The position numbers were made by a program, and so were the translations under genes. From Candidatus Nitrosopumilus koreensis AR1 (GTDB lineage Archaea > Thermoproteota > Nitrososphaeria > Nitrososphaerales > Nitrosopumilaceae), in the NCBI RefSeq assembly GCF_000299365.1, contig NC_018655.1:780001-812000 (forward strand): a stretch of DNA of 32,000 bases, read 5' to 3'. The notes beneath the pieces were generated by a model, which was given only the letters and a program-made list of their open reading frames with translations, was not told where the DNA came from and did no database searches. Below, in pieces: positions 1-8,306 of this stretch. Each line of letters starts with the position of its first letter. Position 1 is the stretch's first letter.

Positions 1-480
1 CAAGAGATGGCAGCAGTGATACGACAGCATGAAGGATATGTCTTAAAATTTGTAGGAGACGCAGTTATAGGATATTTTGATGCACAAAGTAATGGGTTAC
101 TTGCATCAGATAATGCAGTTAATTGTGCAAAATCTATGATTTCAGTAATCCAAAAAGGAATTAATCCAATTCTTAATCAGTATGATTACCCTGACCTGAT
201 GGTAAAAATTGGTGTTGATTTTGGACAAAATATTGTAGTAAGATATGGTGCTGATGAAAACCAGTCACAGGTAGACATAATTGGTCCTGCCATGAATATT
301 GCGGCTAAAATTCAAAACATGGCAAAGCCTAATCAGATTTTAATTGGAAATGATGTATACAAAAGATTGCATCCTAACTCTCAAAGAGAATTTGCTGAAG
401 TGGTGTGGAAAAAAGATGAATGGCGATATCGTTCCAGAATTACTGGAGAACTTTACAAAGTTTATGAATTCAAAGGATAA
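1..480 (+). CDS. Class III adenylate/guanylate cyclase catalytic domain protein (5' truncated by window edge)
   Basis: Motif KFVGDAVIGYF followed by DIIGPAMNIAAKIQNMAKPNQILI, typical of the class III cyclase core; frame is open to base 1. Confidence 0.85.
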   Translation, partial: QEMAAVIRQHEGYVLKFVGDAVIGYFDAQSNGLLASDNAVNCAKSMISVIQKGINPILNQYDYPDLMVKIGVDFGQNIVVRYGADENQSQVDIIGPAMNIAAKIQNMAKPNQILIGNDVYKRLHPNSQREFAEVVWKKDEWRYRSRITGELYKVYEFKG

Positions 481-492
481 TGTGGTTTTTAA

Positions 493-639
493 TTATACTG
501 TAAATTTATCAGGGCATTCAACATGCTCATAATGATGTTCGGTGAATTTTTCCTGAACAACGTAGATCACAATCTTGTGTAGATCTTTTTCTGCAATGTC
601 TTTCTTGCATTTCAAACAAGTCTTTTTCATTTCTGCCAT
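493..639 (-). CDS. Small 48-aa cysteine-containing (CxxC) protein, not in the supplied ORF list
   Basis: Hand translation: MAEMKKTCLKCKKDIAEKDLHKIVIYVVQEKFTEHHYEHVECPDKFTV*. It fills an otherwise empty gap and has a putative metal-binding CxxC plus His/Cys. Confidence 0.6.
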   Translation of the reverse strand: MAEMKKTCLKCKKDIAEKDLHKIVIYVVQEKFTEHHYEHVECPDKFTV

Positions 640-776
640 GCGTACCAGCGATCTAAACTGGGAATCTATAAGGATCTGCGATCAGCTCAAATTGAGCAAA
701 AACGACTCAGATTTTACAAAACCGTATATCAAATGCCTAAAGCAAGGCAGAAATAGAGCAAATTCAAACCAAATTT

Positions 777-1148
777 GTGGAAAACATGATACACAAACAC
801 CTACAGGACCTTTACGGATTAAATCCAAACATCCCACATGTAGCGTTACAATTTCCTCGATTACCACCAGGATTAACACATCCAATGTTTAAGATTCACA
901 AAAATCCTGCCAAAGAACAATTTTCACGAGATGTAGAAACAATTAATCAAAAACTTCAAGGATTCCAACATCTGTACCAACAATATGCTGCAAGTTTGTT
1001 ATCAGGAAACCAAATAATTCCTCCAGGTCATCCATTATATACAAAACAACACTCTCTTCAAACACTTCAAGATGAAAACAGTAAACTGTTAAAAGAAAAC
1101 AACGAATTAAAGAAAAAACTAGAAAACAAATCAAAAAAACAAGATTGA
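777..1148 (+). CDS. Hypothetical protein with C-terminal coiled coil
   Basis: GTG start (or ATG at 786); C-terminal heptad-like LQDENSKLLKENNELKKKLENK. Confidence 0.65.
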   Translation: MENMIHKHLQDLYGLNPNIPHVALQFPRLPPGLTHPMFKIHKNPAKEQFSRDVETINQKLQGFQHLYQQYAASLLSGNQIIPPGHPLYTKQHSLQTLQDENSKLLKENNELKKKLENKSKKQD

Positions 1149-1210
1149 AAAAATATCTCGGCTTGCAAAATCAGTAAGAATCCTTATTAATTCCAAACCC
1201 AATTTTGTGT

Positions 1211-1597
1211 ATGGTCAAAACTCCTGCAGACAAATGGAAATCAACCATAATAAAATACAGGAAACAGTGTCAAAAAATTTTAGAGATATCTCAAAGTGTA
1301 AGATACGCAGGAGTTATCAACGTCTATGGTAGAACCTTAGCTGGAATTGTTCAACCAAATCTTAAACCATTACTAAAATCTGAACAAGTAAAAAATGAAT
1401 TTTTTATTATCTCAACTCTAATGTCTTTACGAAAAAATACAGCAAGTACTGTAGGGAAATTAGAATATGTCATATTGCAACATCAGAAAGTTACAATACT
1501 CATTCTACAAAAAAATGACCTTACATATTATGTTTCAATCAATAGAAAAGAAAAAGACTTGAAGAAGATTATTTCTTCAATAAAGAAAATAGTCTAA
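1211..1597 (+). CDS. Conserved hypothetical protein, possibly roadblock/LC7-like fold
   Basis: Complete ORF with ATG at 1211 (TTG alternative at 1205); alternating hydrophobic pattern with RYAGVINVYGRTLAGI. Fold suggestion is weak. Confidence 0.65.
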   Translation: MVKTPADKWKSTIIKYRKQCQKILEISQSVRYAGVINVYGRTLAGIVQPNLKPLLKSEQVKNEFFIISTLMSLRKNTASTVGKLEYVILQHQKVTILILQKNDLTYYVSINRKEKDLKKIISSIKKIV

Positions 1598-2004
1598 GCA
1601 GGTGTGAATCCGTGATATCCACCAGTTTGTTCCGCTTTATCTGAGAAACTTGGTTCAAACAAGGAAATCAAATAATCATCAGGATCTGAAATTACCGCAT
1701 TTTTTCCTGCATCTTTTTCAACTATCTCGCGATGAATTTTTACTCCTTTTCCTCTCAATTCCTCAACTGCAGATTTTACATCTCCGACCAAAAAACCAAT
1801 TGTAATGCCACTCTCAAGAGCATTTCCATGTTTTTCAGTTATTGAAGCAGGGTGCAAGCTCAACAAAGCTCCTGAAGTGCCCAAATCTACCCATGTTCTT
1901 CTTTGATTTTTTATTGGCAGTCCAATAACCTCATTGTAGAACTGAACTGATTTGTCTAGGTCTTTTACAGCCAGAATGACATTTCCGACTTTTTTAATAT
2001 TCAC
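1594..2004 (-). CDS. VOC/glyoxalase family protein
   Basis: N-terminal VILAVKDLDKSVQFYNEVIGLP and C-terminal ISDPDDYLISLFEP are typical of VOC proteins. Confidence 0.85.
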   Translation of the reverse strand: MNIKKVGNVILAVKDLDKSVQFYNEVIGLPIKNQRRTWVDLGTSGALLSLHPASITEKHGNALESGITIGFLVGDVKSAVEELRGKGVKIHREIVEKDAGKNAVISDPDDYLISLFEPSFSDKAEQTGGYHGFTPA

Positions 2005-2038
2005 AGATATGCTACCTCGAAGTTCTTTAAATTAATTG

Positions 2039-2257
2039 TCATTGAACTTCCACCATGGTTTCTGTTCGCTCTACACCATTAATTTTTTGGATTCGGTTTG
2101 CGACCTCTTTAATTTGAACTAGTTGTTCAACATCAATTATGGCTACTGCATCAAACTGACCGCTAGTTGGAAATGAATCTGTAACGGAATCAACCTTGCG
2201 TAATCGTGCAGCGATTAATTTTTTTGGAGATTTTACCAAAATTATTGCTCTTACCAT
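2039..2257 (-). CDS. Stand-alone Lrp/AsnC ligand-binding (RAM) domain protein
   Basis: 72 aa with SGQFDAVAIIDVEQLVQIKEVANRIQKINGVERTETM; no helix-turn-helix region. Confidence 0.75.
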   Translation of the reverse strand: MVRAIILVKSPKKLIAARLRKVDSVTDSFPTSGQFDAVAIIDVEQLVQIKEVANRIQKINGVERTETMVEVQ

Positions 2258-2490
2258 CCTAAATTAACCTCCACTTCGATTAAGGTTTCAGTGGTTACAA
2301 TATCCTTGATTTTTTTAAAATCAATCACCATGTTATTGATGTCTTCAATTCCTCCTTGCAAAATAACGCTAATGTCTGCCCTGCCAGTGACTACCATGAT
2401 TTGTTTTACTACCTTTCTTTTCTTTTTGAGAATTTGGACAACAGAATCCACTTTTCCAGGTTTAACTGTAATCAGACATAATGCGCGCAT
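2251..2490 (-). CDS. Stand-alone Lrp/AsnC ligand-binding (RAM) domain protein
   Basis: 79 aa with VVTGRADISVILQGGIEDINNMVIDFKKIKDIVTTETLIEV; overlaps the next gene by 7 nt. Confidence 0.75.
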   Translation of the reverse strand: MRALCLITVKPGKVDSVVQILKKKRKVVKQIMVVTGRADISVILQGGIEDINNMVIDFKKIKDIVTTETLIEVEVNLGW

Positions 2491-2524
2491 ACAAGTACTA
2501 CGTTATTGAATCGGATAAAGATTC

Positions 2525-2818
2525 CTAGTCAAATGCTTCCTGAGACCTTGCTTCTTCTAAATAAGCACGTCTTTCTTCATTGACTTTTTCTTGATCAATT
2601 TCAATATCGTCATCTACTATGACTATCCCCATATCGCCAACAGGTTCTTCCTTTTTCTTTGATTTGGTTGTTTTAGCCTTGGTGGCTTTTGCTTTTGGAG
2701 TCTTTGATTTGGTTGTTTTAGCCTTGGTGGCTTTTGCTTTTGGAGTCTTTGATTTGGTTGTTTTAGCCTTGGTGGCTTTTGCTTTTGTGCCTTTCTTTGC
2801 AGGTTTTTTTTCAGCCAT
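2525..2818 (-). CDS. Histone H1/AlgP-like Lys/Ala/Thr-rich repetitive protein with acidic C-terminus
   Basis: Likely start MAEKKPAKKG at 2818; repeated KAKATKAKTTKSKTP, then acidic IVDDDIEIDQEKVNEER. Confidence 0.75.
   Translation of the reverse strand: MAEKKPAKKGTKAKATKAKTTKSKTPKAKATKAKTTKSKTPKAKATKAKTTKSKKKEEPVGDMGIVIVDDDIEIDQEKVNEERRAYLEEARSQEAFD
2661..2787 (+). repeat. 45-bp tandem repeat, about 2.8 identical copies, inside the Lys-rich gene
   Basis: gatttggttgttttagccttggtggcttttgcttttggagtcttt at 2661-2705 and 2706-2750, and its first 37 nt at 2751-2787. Confidence 0.95.
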
Positions 2819-3016
2819 GAATCGAAAATCTAGAGTTTGCCTTATTTTTAAAGATTTTGTAGGATTGGTTTTTGGAGAAATTTGTGTATTATGCACCGAT
2901 CAAGTAAATTTTTTGAGAAAACAATGGACCAAAGTAGCCATATGAGTCAAGAATTTACTCTGAGTTTGATTTAACAAAAAACACATTCTTCATGTTCTAT
3001 TGGGAGGTGAAAGAAG

Positions 3017-3349
3017 ATAGCAACATTAGCAGATTATGCAACAGTAGGCGATTCAGTCAGCTTGGCAAAAATTGGGGATAAAGCATTTACAATTACATTC
3101 ATCGAAGATTCAGATTATACTCAAGGTGAAATGATCACAAAAGGAGTTAAGATTACCACTAGAGAAACTTTCGAGGTTGAAGGAAATTTTGTAAATAAAT
3201 TTCACACAACTAGAGTAGCAATTGTAAAAAAATTCAGCAATGAGAAATTACGTTCAGATGTCAATAACGGAAACGCTTTGGGACCAGTCAAATGTATCTC
3301 TGAAAAATCAGCATCAGGAAAAAGCTTCTATAATTTAGTAGATGCATAA
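3017..3349 (+). CDS. Hypothetical protein, probable non-canonical ATA start (TTG at 3062 is the annotated alternative)
   Basis: GGGAGGTGA (3002-3010) lies 6 nt before ATA GCA ACA TTA GCA GAT TAT GCA ACA GTA GGC GAT TCA GTC AGC TTG. In-frame TGA at 3008-3010 excludes a further upstream start. Confidence 0.6.
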   Translation: MATLADYATVGDSVSLAKIGDKAFTITFIEDSDYTQGEMITKGVKITTRETFEVEGNFVNKFHTTRVAIVKKFSNEKLRSDVNNGNALGPVKCISEKSASGKSFYNLVDA

Positions 3350-3400
3350 TGGAGTTTATAATTAGACTCTAAAACACACTATTTTTTTAATTTTTTACAG

Positions 3401-3474
3401 TGCCGGGGGCGGGATTTGAACGCGCGACAGCCCGGTCTTCAGCCGAGTGCTCTCCCAGGCTGAGCTACCCCGGC
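3401..3474 (-). tRNA. tRNA-Phe (anticodon GAA), no intron, CCA not encoded
   Basis: Cloverleaf read by hand on minus strand: GCCGGGG TA GCTC AGCCTGGGA GAGC A CTCGG CTGAAGA CCGGG CTGTC GCGCG TTCAAAT CCCGC CCCCGGC A. Confidence 0.95.
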
Positions 3475-3795
3475 ACTCAAAAAAATGTCGCTAGTTGAGG
3501 AATTAAAGTGTGTCCCTTTAGGATCTTTGAACTATAATTTCAAGGATGTTGTTCTGTGAACACAAAAATTCTACAAATTGTTCAAGAGAAATAAGTTGAT
3601 TTCATTTAGGATTAAGTCAACTAAAATGTAGATTAAAAATCAATTCAAAATCATGTATGTATGATTTGCCTATTTCGTAATACAAATGGCAACATCAAGT
3701 ATGAAGTAAGAATTGAGAGTAAAAGTATAGTCAGTCATGCGTCTTACTTGAATCCAGTTCTTTACTCTTCATACTGTTAAAGTGGTGAAATACAA

Positions 3796-4926
3796 ATGAA
3801 GAATTTGTTAGTTATTTTCTTTTGTGTGTTTGTATTTTTTTCAAGTTATTACTGTGAATCTTTTGGACAAGTTGATACTAGTATAAATTTTGAAAATGCT
3901 TTGATGCTTTATAAAGAAAAAAAATATGAAGGTTCCCTATCAGAAATTGACAAGATTTTAGAAAAGTATCCAGACAACATCGAGGCATTAAACAGTAAAG
4001 GAACCATTCTTTTAGCTCAAGGAAAATATGTCAATGCGTTACAAAATTTTGAAAAAGCTGCAACTATTGATCCTAGTAACTTAGAATCAATTAATGGTAT
4101 TGGAAAAGCATATTTTCATTTAAACAGGTATGATGCTGCTATGAATTTTTTTGGACATGTATTACAAATTGATAGAAGAAATTTTGATGCGTTAATTGGA
4201 AGTGGAAATGTTTTGTCAAAGTTAGAACAATTTGATGATTCCATACTGTTTTTCAACATAGTATTGGAAAAAGATCCACGTAATGTAGATGCTTTGATAG
4301 GAAAAGGCACTGCATTATTGAATACAAATCAACATAAATTAGCATTAAGCATATATGATAAAATTTTGGAGATTGATTTGAGTAATACAGATGCATTAAA
4401 TGGTAAAGGGAAAATTTTCTTTGAATTAGATGAATATGAGAAATCAAGAATTGCATTTACAGCAGTGTTAGAATCAGAACCAGAAAACATTGAAGCATTG
4501 TTGGGATTATCTGAATTGAATCTTCATGAACACAAAAATATCAAATCCCAACAAATGTATGAAAAAATACTTTCTATAGATCCGGATAACATCGAAGCCT
4601 TAATTGGCAAAGCGTCTGTTCTAGTTGAACTTGGAAAATTTGATGAGGCCTTAGAATATTTTGATGAGGCCTTAGAAGTGGACCCTGATAATCCAGATGC
4701 ACTAAACGGAAAAGATTTGGTTTTAGGAGATAAAGTAGAGGATTCGCTTGATTTGATACTTTTGATCACAATCATTGGAAGTATAACCTCGGTAGTTTCA
4801 TTTTTTGTTGTGCTTATTAAAATCCGAGAAAATGCAGAATTAAAATCAAAACTCATCATGTCAAACGAACAGATTGAAGATTTAGTAGATAAGATGATGA
4901 GAAATATGGCAAAAAATCAAAAATAG
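3796..4926 (+). CDS. Secreted/membrane-anchored TPR repeat protein
   Basis: N-terminal signal peptide, many TPR units (e.g. DALIGKGTALLNTNQHKLALSIYDKILEID), C-terminal transmembrane segment LILLITIIGSITSVVSFFVVLI. Confidence 0.9.
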   Translation: MKNLLVIFFCVFVFFSSYYCESFGQVDTSINFENALMLYKEKKYEGSLSEIDKILEKYPDNIEALNSKGTILLAQGKYVNALQNFEKAATIDPSNLESINGIGKAYFHLNRYDAAMNFFGHVLQIDRRNFDALIGSGNVLSKLEQFDDSILFFNIVLEKDPRNVDALIGKGTALLNTNQHKLALSIYDKILEIDLSNTDALNGKGKIFFELDEYEKSRIAFTAVLESEPENIEALLGLSELNLHEHKNIKSQQMYEKILSIDPDNIEALIGKASVLVELGKFDEALEYFDEALEVDPDNPDALNGKDLVLGDKVEDSLDLILLITIIGSITSVVSFFVVLIKIRENAELKSKLIMSNEQIEDLVDKMMRNMAKNQK

Positions 4927-4930
4927 TTTT

Positions 4931-5467
4931 TTAGGTTTTCCAAAGAACATCATCTCTACCATTTCGTTTATTGATTAAACGACCAATCACAAAAAACAGA
5001 TCAGATAAACGATTAAGGTAAATTATGCAGTTTGAATTGATTTCGTCTTTTTCAGCAAGTTGCACAGTCAATGTTTCTGCTCTACGCACAACTGTTCGAG
5101 TAAAATGTAGTTGTGATGCTGAAAGTACACCTCCTGGCAATATGAAATTAGTTAATGGTTCTAACTCTGATTCAAATTTGTCAATATGTTGTTCTAATTC
5201 TTGAATCATCCCTAATGTTACTCTATTTTTTACATCATTGAGGTTTGGGTTAGATAGATCAGAGCCCACCACAAACAAATCATTTTGTATTTTGATAAGA
5301 ACACTAGAAATGTCATTATCTAACGGGTTTGCCAACACAACACCTAAGGAAGCATTTGCTTCATCAACTGCGCCATACGCAAATATTCTTGGGTGAGATT
5401 TTGAAATGCGAAGATTTCCCTGTAACCCAGTATTTCCATCATCTCCTGTCTTGGTGTATATTTTCAC
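4931..5467 (-). CDS. pduO: PduO-type cob(I)yrinic acid a,c-diamide adenosyltransferase
   Basis: MKIYTKTGDDGNTGLQG, DEANASLG, FILPGG and VVRRAE(T)...YLNRLSDLFFVIGR are hallmarks of the family. Confidence 0.92.
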   Translation of the reverse strand: MKIYTKTGDDGNTGLQGNLRISKSHPRIFAYGAVDEANASLGVVLANPLDNDISSVLIKIQNDLFVVGSDLSNPNLNDVKNRVTLGMIQELEQHIDKFESELEPLTNFILPGGVLSASQLHFTRTVVRRAETLTVQLAEKDEINSNCIIYLNRLSDLFFVIGRLINKRNGRDDVLWKT

Positions 5468-5548
5468 AAAATTACAAAGTCTGTTTCAACTATTATGTTG
5501 TTCGAAAATCTCAAAACTCTTTAGGAGAATGGTTTGTATTAGTTAACG

Positions 5549-6082
5549 ATGGTAGAAGATTTTTTTAAAAATGCTGCAAATCTAAAAAATATCCCACGTC
5601 AAGGATGGATTGACAAACTTTCTATAGATAATCCCGAATCAGTTGCTGATCATACTTTTTCTATGGCAATGATTGGAATGGTAATTTCAGATTTAGAAAA
5701 TCTGAATTCAGAAAAAATCTTGAAAATGATTTTGATACATGATTTATCTGAATCCATAATAGGAGACATAATTCCAGAAAAAATGGATGTAAAAGAAAAA
5801 CAAGAATTAGAAAACAATGCATTTGGCAAAATCATGGAAAAACTTCCAGAACCCCTGATAACAGAATATGGCAAAATATGGAAAGAGTATCAAGAAAATT
5901 CCTCTCCTGAAAGCAAGATAGTCCATCAAATTGACAAATTAGAGATGGCACTTCAAGCAAAAATTTACCAAGAACAAGGTTATTCTCAAGAAAAACTAAA
6001 AGTTTTTTTAAAATCTGCAAAAAAAAGCATTACGCATCCAAAATTAAAAGAATTATTTACAAAGATTATCACTGAAAATTAA
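5549..6082 (+). CDS. HD-domain phosphohydrolase, YfbR/HDDC2-like
   Basis: ESVADHTFSMAMI and ILIHDLSESIIGDI (H...HD motif pair). Confidence 0.85.
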   Translation: MVEDFFKNAANLKNIPRQGWIDKLSIDNPESVADHTFSMAMIGMVISDLENLNSEKILKMILIHDLSESIIGDIIPEKMDVKEKQELENNAFGKIMEKLPEPLITEYGKIWKEYQENSSPESKIVHQIDKLEMALQAKIYQEQGYSQEKLKVFLKSAKKSITHPKLKELFTKIITEN

Positions 6083-6306
6083 TGTCTGAGACAGAAAAAG
6101 ATGAAATGATTGATGCACAAAAACAAGTGATAGGAATCTTGTTTGAAGTGATCAAAAGATTGCAAGCCAATAGTGATTTAGATGAAGAGTATTTTGAATT
6201 AATTACAAAAGATGGAAAAAACAAAACCAGATTAAATGAAATTCTAAATGAAAGAAAAGAAAATGCAAAAATTGTAGGTAGATTACTAGAACAACTAGAA
6301 GTTTAA
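6082..6306 (+). CDS. Hypothetical small acidic helical protein
   Basis: ORF starts at the stop of the HD gene (one-base overlap), suggesting coupling. Confidence 0.6.
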   Translation: MSETEKDEMIDAQKQVIGILFEVIKRLQANSDLDEEYFELITKDGKNKTRLNEILNERKENAKIVGRLLEQLEV

Positions 6307-6647
6307 TGTCCGCAACCACAGTCATCATCAGAAATTATCTTTAGATGAGATGTTTGTTGGTGCTTGTCTTGAATGTAGTTTGAAAGATTTGCAATTCTTA
6401 CTCTAGGTTCTTTAGTTTTCCAACTACCCTCATTTTCAAACCAAAACTCTATTTCATCAACATCATATCTTTCCCCATTTTCTATTAGTTCTTTGAATAT
6501 GGATTTTATTTCATCAATTTCAGATTCAGATAATTTTGATTTATCTTCAACCATTGTTGTAATTTCATTTAATTTGATAATCACATTATTTGTAAGAGGC
6601 ATGTGAATTTTTACATAATATTCTATAACTATCTTTTGAGTTGACAT
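6303..6647 (-). CDS. Hypothetical protein with C-terminal CGCGH
   Basis: Likely start MSTQKIVIEYY at 6647; C-terminus ISDDDCGCGH. Confidence 0.6.
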   Translation of the reverse strand: MSTQKIVIEYYVKIHMPLTNNVIIKLNEITTMVEDKSKLSESEIDEIKSIFKELIENGERYDVDEIEFWFENEGSWKTKEPRVRIANLSNYIQDKHQQTSHLKIISDDDCGCGH

Positions 6648-6670
6648 TGTTTTTATAGCAATCCAATAAT

Positions 6671-7027
6671 TTGACAAATATGCAGTATTTTCAAGCATTA
6701 AAACTTGGTCAAAAGAGAGTTGCGGATGCCAGAGAATATCTTAACAAACTAACTGATGGAAAAGCAATGCCAGCATTGGCATTAACTGATACGAAATCCA
6801 ACGTATGGAAACCCGTAGGCGAAGAAAATCTTTACGCTTTTGTGGATGAATCAGCAGGCTTTGTTTTGACAGATAATAGTGGATACATTCTTGCTTTAGT
6901 GGACAATAGTGGTGCCTCTAAGACAATTGTTCAGGGTGTGACAAAAGATCAAAAAGAAAAACTAGAGAAAATATTTGAATCAGATAACATTCCAAAATTT
7001 GAAGGTAAGGTAATTCTTCCAGTATGA
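6671..7027 (+). CDS. Hypothetical protein
   Basis: Complete ORF (TTG 6671 or ATG 6680) with folded-domain-like composition. Confidence 0.65.
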   Translation: MTNMQYFQALKLGQKRVADAREYLNKLTDGKAMPALALTDTKSNVWKPVGEENLYAFVDESAGFVLTDNSGYILALVDNSGASKTIVQGVTKDQKEKLEKIFESDNIPKFEGKVILPV

Positions 7028-7082
7028 TTCTAGCCACAAATAAAACGTAAAACTTTAGTTATGATTGTGTAGAGGTAGTAAA

Positions 7083-8306
7083 ATGAGTAAATTTTCTCAA
7101 GAGATCGAAGTCAGTGGCCATCTAATTGACTCTTTGATTTTGACTAAAATATTTGATAAAATTATGGATTTACAAGGAGAGTTTCAAGTCCAAGAAATAA
7201 ACATTGGTAAAAGAAAAAAAGATCAGTCATATGCTAAATTATTAGTCAAAGGGAAAAATCAAAAACACCTAGATGAAATTTTACAAACAATTTACAGGGA
7301 AGGTGCAGTATCTAAAGTTCAAAAAGAAATCACACTAAAAAAATCACCAAAAAATTATGTAATGCCAGACAATTTTTACAGTACCACCAACAATCACACC
7401 CAAGTATTTCATAAAGGAAAATGGATTCAGGTAGAAAACATGATGATGGACAAATGTATTGTTGTAAAAGGAAACCGAGCATTTTGTGTTCCTGTAAGAG
7501 ATGTCAAAAAAGGTGATCAAATTATTGTTGGGGAAGGAGGTATCAAAATCAATCCACCTGAAAGACCAAGAGAGGGTTCTAATGTATTTCAATTTATGGG
7601 CAGTTCAAGCTCTAGTGAAAGACCAACACAACATATTGCAAAAAAAGTTGCAGAGGACATTTACAATACAAAAAAGAACGGCGGTAAAATTGTGATTGTA
7701 GGGGGTCCTGCAATAGTCCACACAGGAGCATCAGATGCAGTATCAGAATTAATCAGATTAGGATACATTGACGGAGTGCTAGCAGGTAATGCTTTAGCTG
7801 TTCACGACATAGAGTATGCCACCCTAGGAACATCATTAGGGATGAATGTTCATGATGCAACTCTAGCATATCATGGCCATAGAAATCACATGGATGCAAT
7901 CAATTCTGTTTTCAAAGCAGGTTCTATTGCAAATATGGTAAAAACAAAAAAACTCACCAAAGGAATAATGTATGAATGTGTAAAGAATAATGTTCCATTT
8001 GTACTTGCAGGCTCTATCAGAGATGATGGGCCATTACCAGATGTAATTACGGATGTTGCACAAGCTCAAAGAGAATACAAAAAAGTTCTAAAAGATGCAA
8101 AAATGGTCATAATGATTTCAACAATGCTTCATTCCATTGCAACAGGAAACATGCTTCCTGCAAATGTCAAAGTAATTGTAGTTGACATTAACCAACCAAC
8201 AGTAACAAAACTTATGGATAGAGGAACGTGGCAAGCATTAGGTATTGTTTCAGATGTGGGTGCATTTCTACCCATGGTTGCACAGCAAATTAGAAAAAAG
8301 AAATAG
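7083..8306 (+). CDS. TIGR00300/LOR-SDH-type protein, archaeal ornithine cyclodeaminase-like
   Basis: N-terminal SQEIEVSGHLIDSLILTKIFDKIMDLQGEFQVQEINIG, then a long C-terminal domain with GPAIVHTGA and GYIDGVLAGNALAVHDIE. ATG 7083 is preceded by GAGGT. Confidence 0.8.
   Translation: MSKFSQEIEVSGHLIDSLILTKIFDKIMDLQGEFQVQEINIGKRKKDQSYAKLLVKGKNQKHLDEILQTIYREGAVSKVQKEITLKKSPKNYVMPDNFYSTTNNHTQVFHKGKWIQVENMMMDKCIVVKGNRAFCVPVRDVKKGDQIIVGEGGIKINPPERPREGSNVFQFMGSSSSSERPTQHIAKKVAEDIYNTKKNGGKIVIVGGPAIVHTGASDAVSELIRLGYIDGVLAGNALAVHDIEYATLGTSLGMNVHDATLAYHGHRNHMDAINSVFKAGSIANMVKTKKLTKGIMYECVKNNVPFVLAGSIRDDGPLPDVITDVAQAQREYKKVLKDAKMVIMISTMLHSIATGNMLPANVKVIVVDINQPTVTKLMDRGTWQALGIVSDVGAFLPMVAQQIRKKK

Noticed and set aside
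575-892. 105-aa plus-strand ORF
   Set aside because: Cys/Ser/Thr-rich composition without coherent domain, overlaps both the minus-strand small protein and the better supported 777-1148 ORF.
2661-2787. 45-bp direct repeats considered as a CRISPR-like array
   Set aside because: Units are contiguous without spacers and encode the in-frame KAKATKAKTTKSKTP protein repeat.
2619-2945. 108-aa plus-strand ORF (VLALVAFAFGVFDL repeats)
   Set aside because: Antisense shadow of the Lys-rich repeat gene.
4524-4859. 111-aa minus-strand ORF and similar ones inside the TPR gene
   Set aside because: Opposite-strand shadows of a strongly supported TPR protein.
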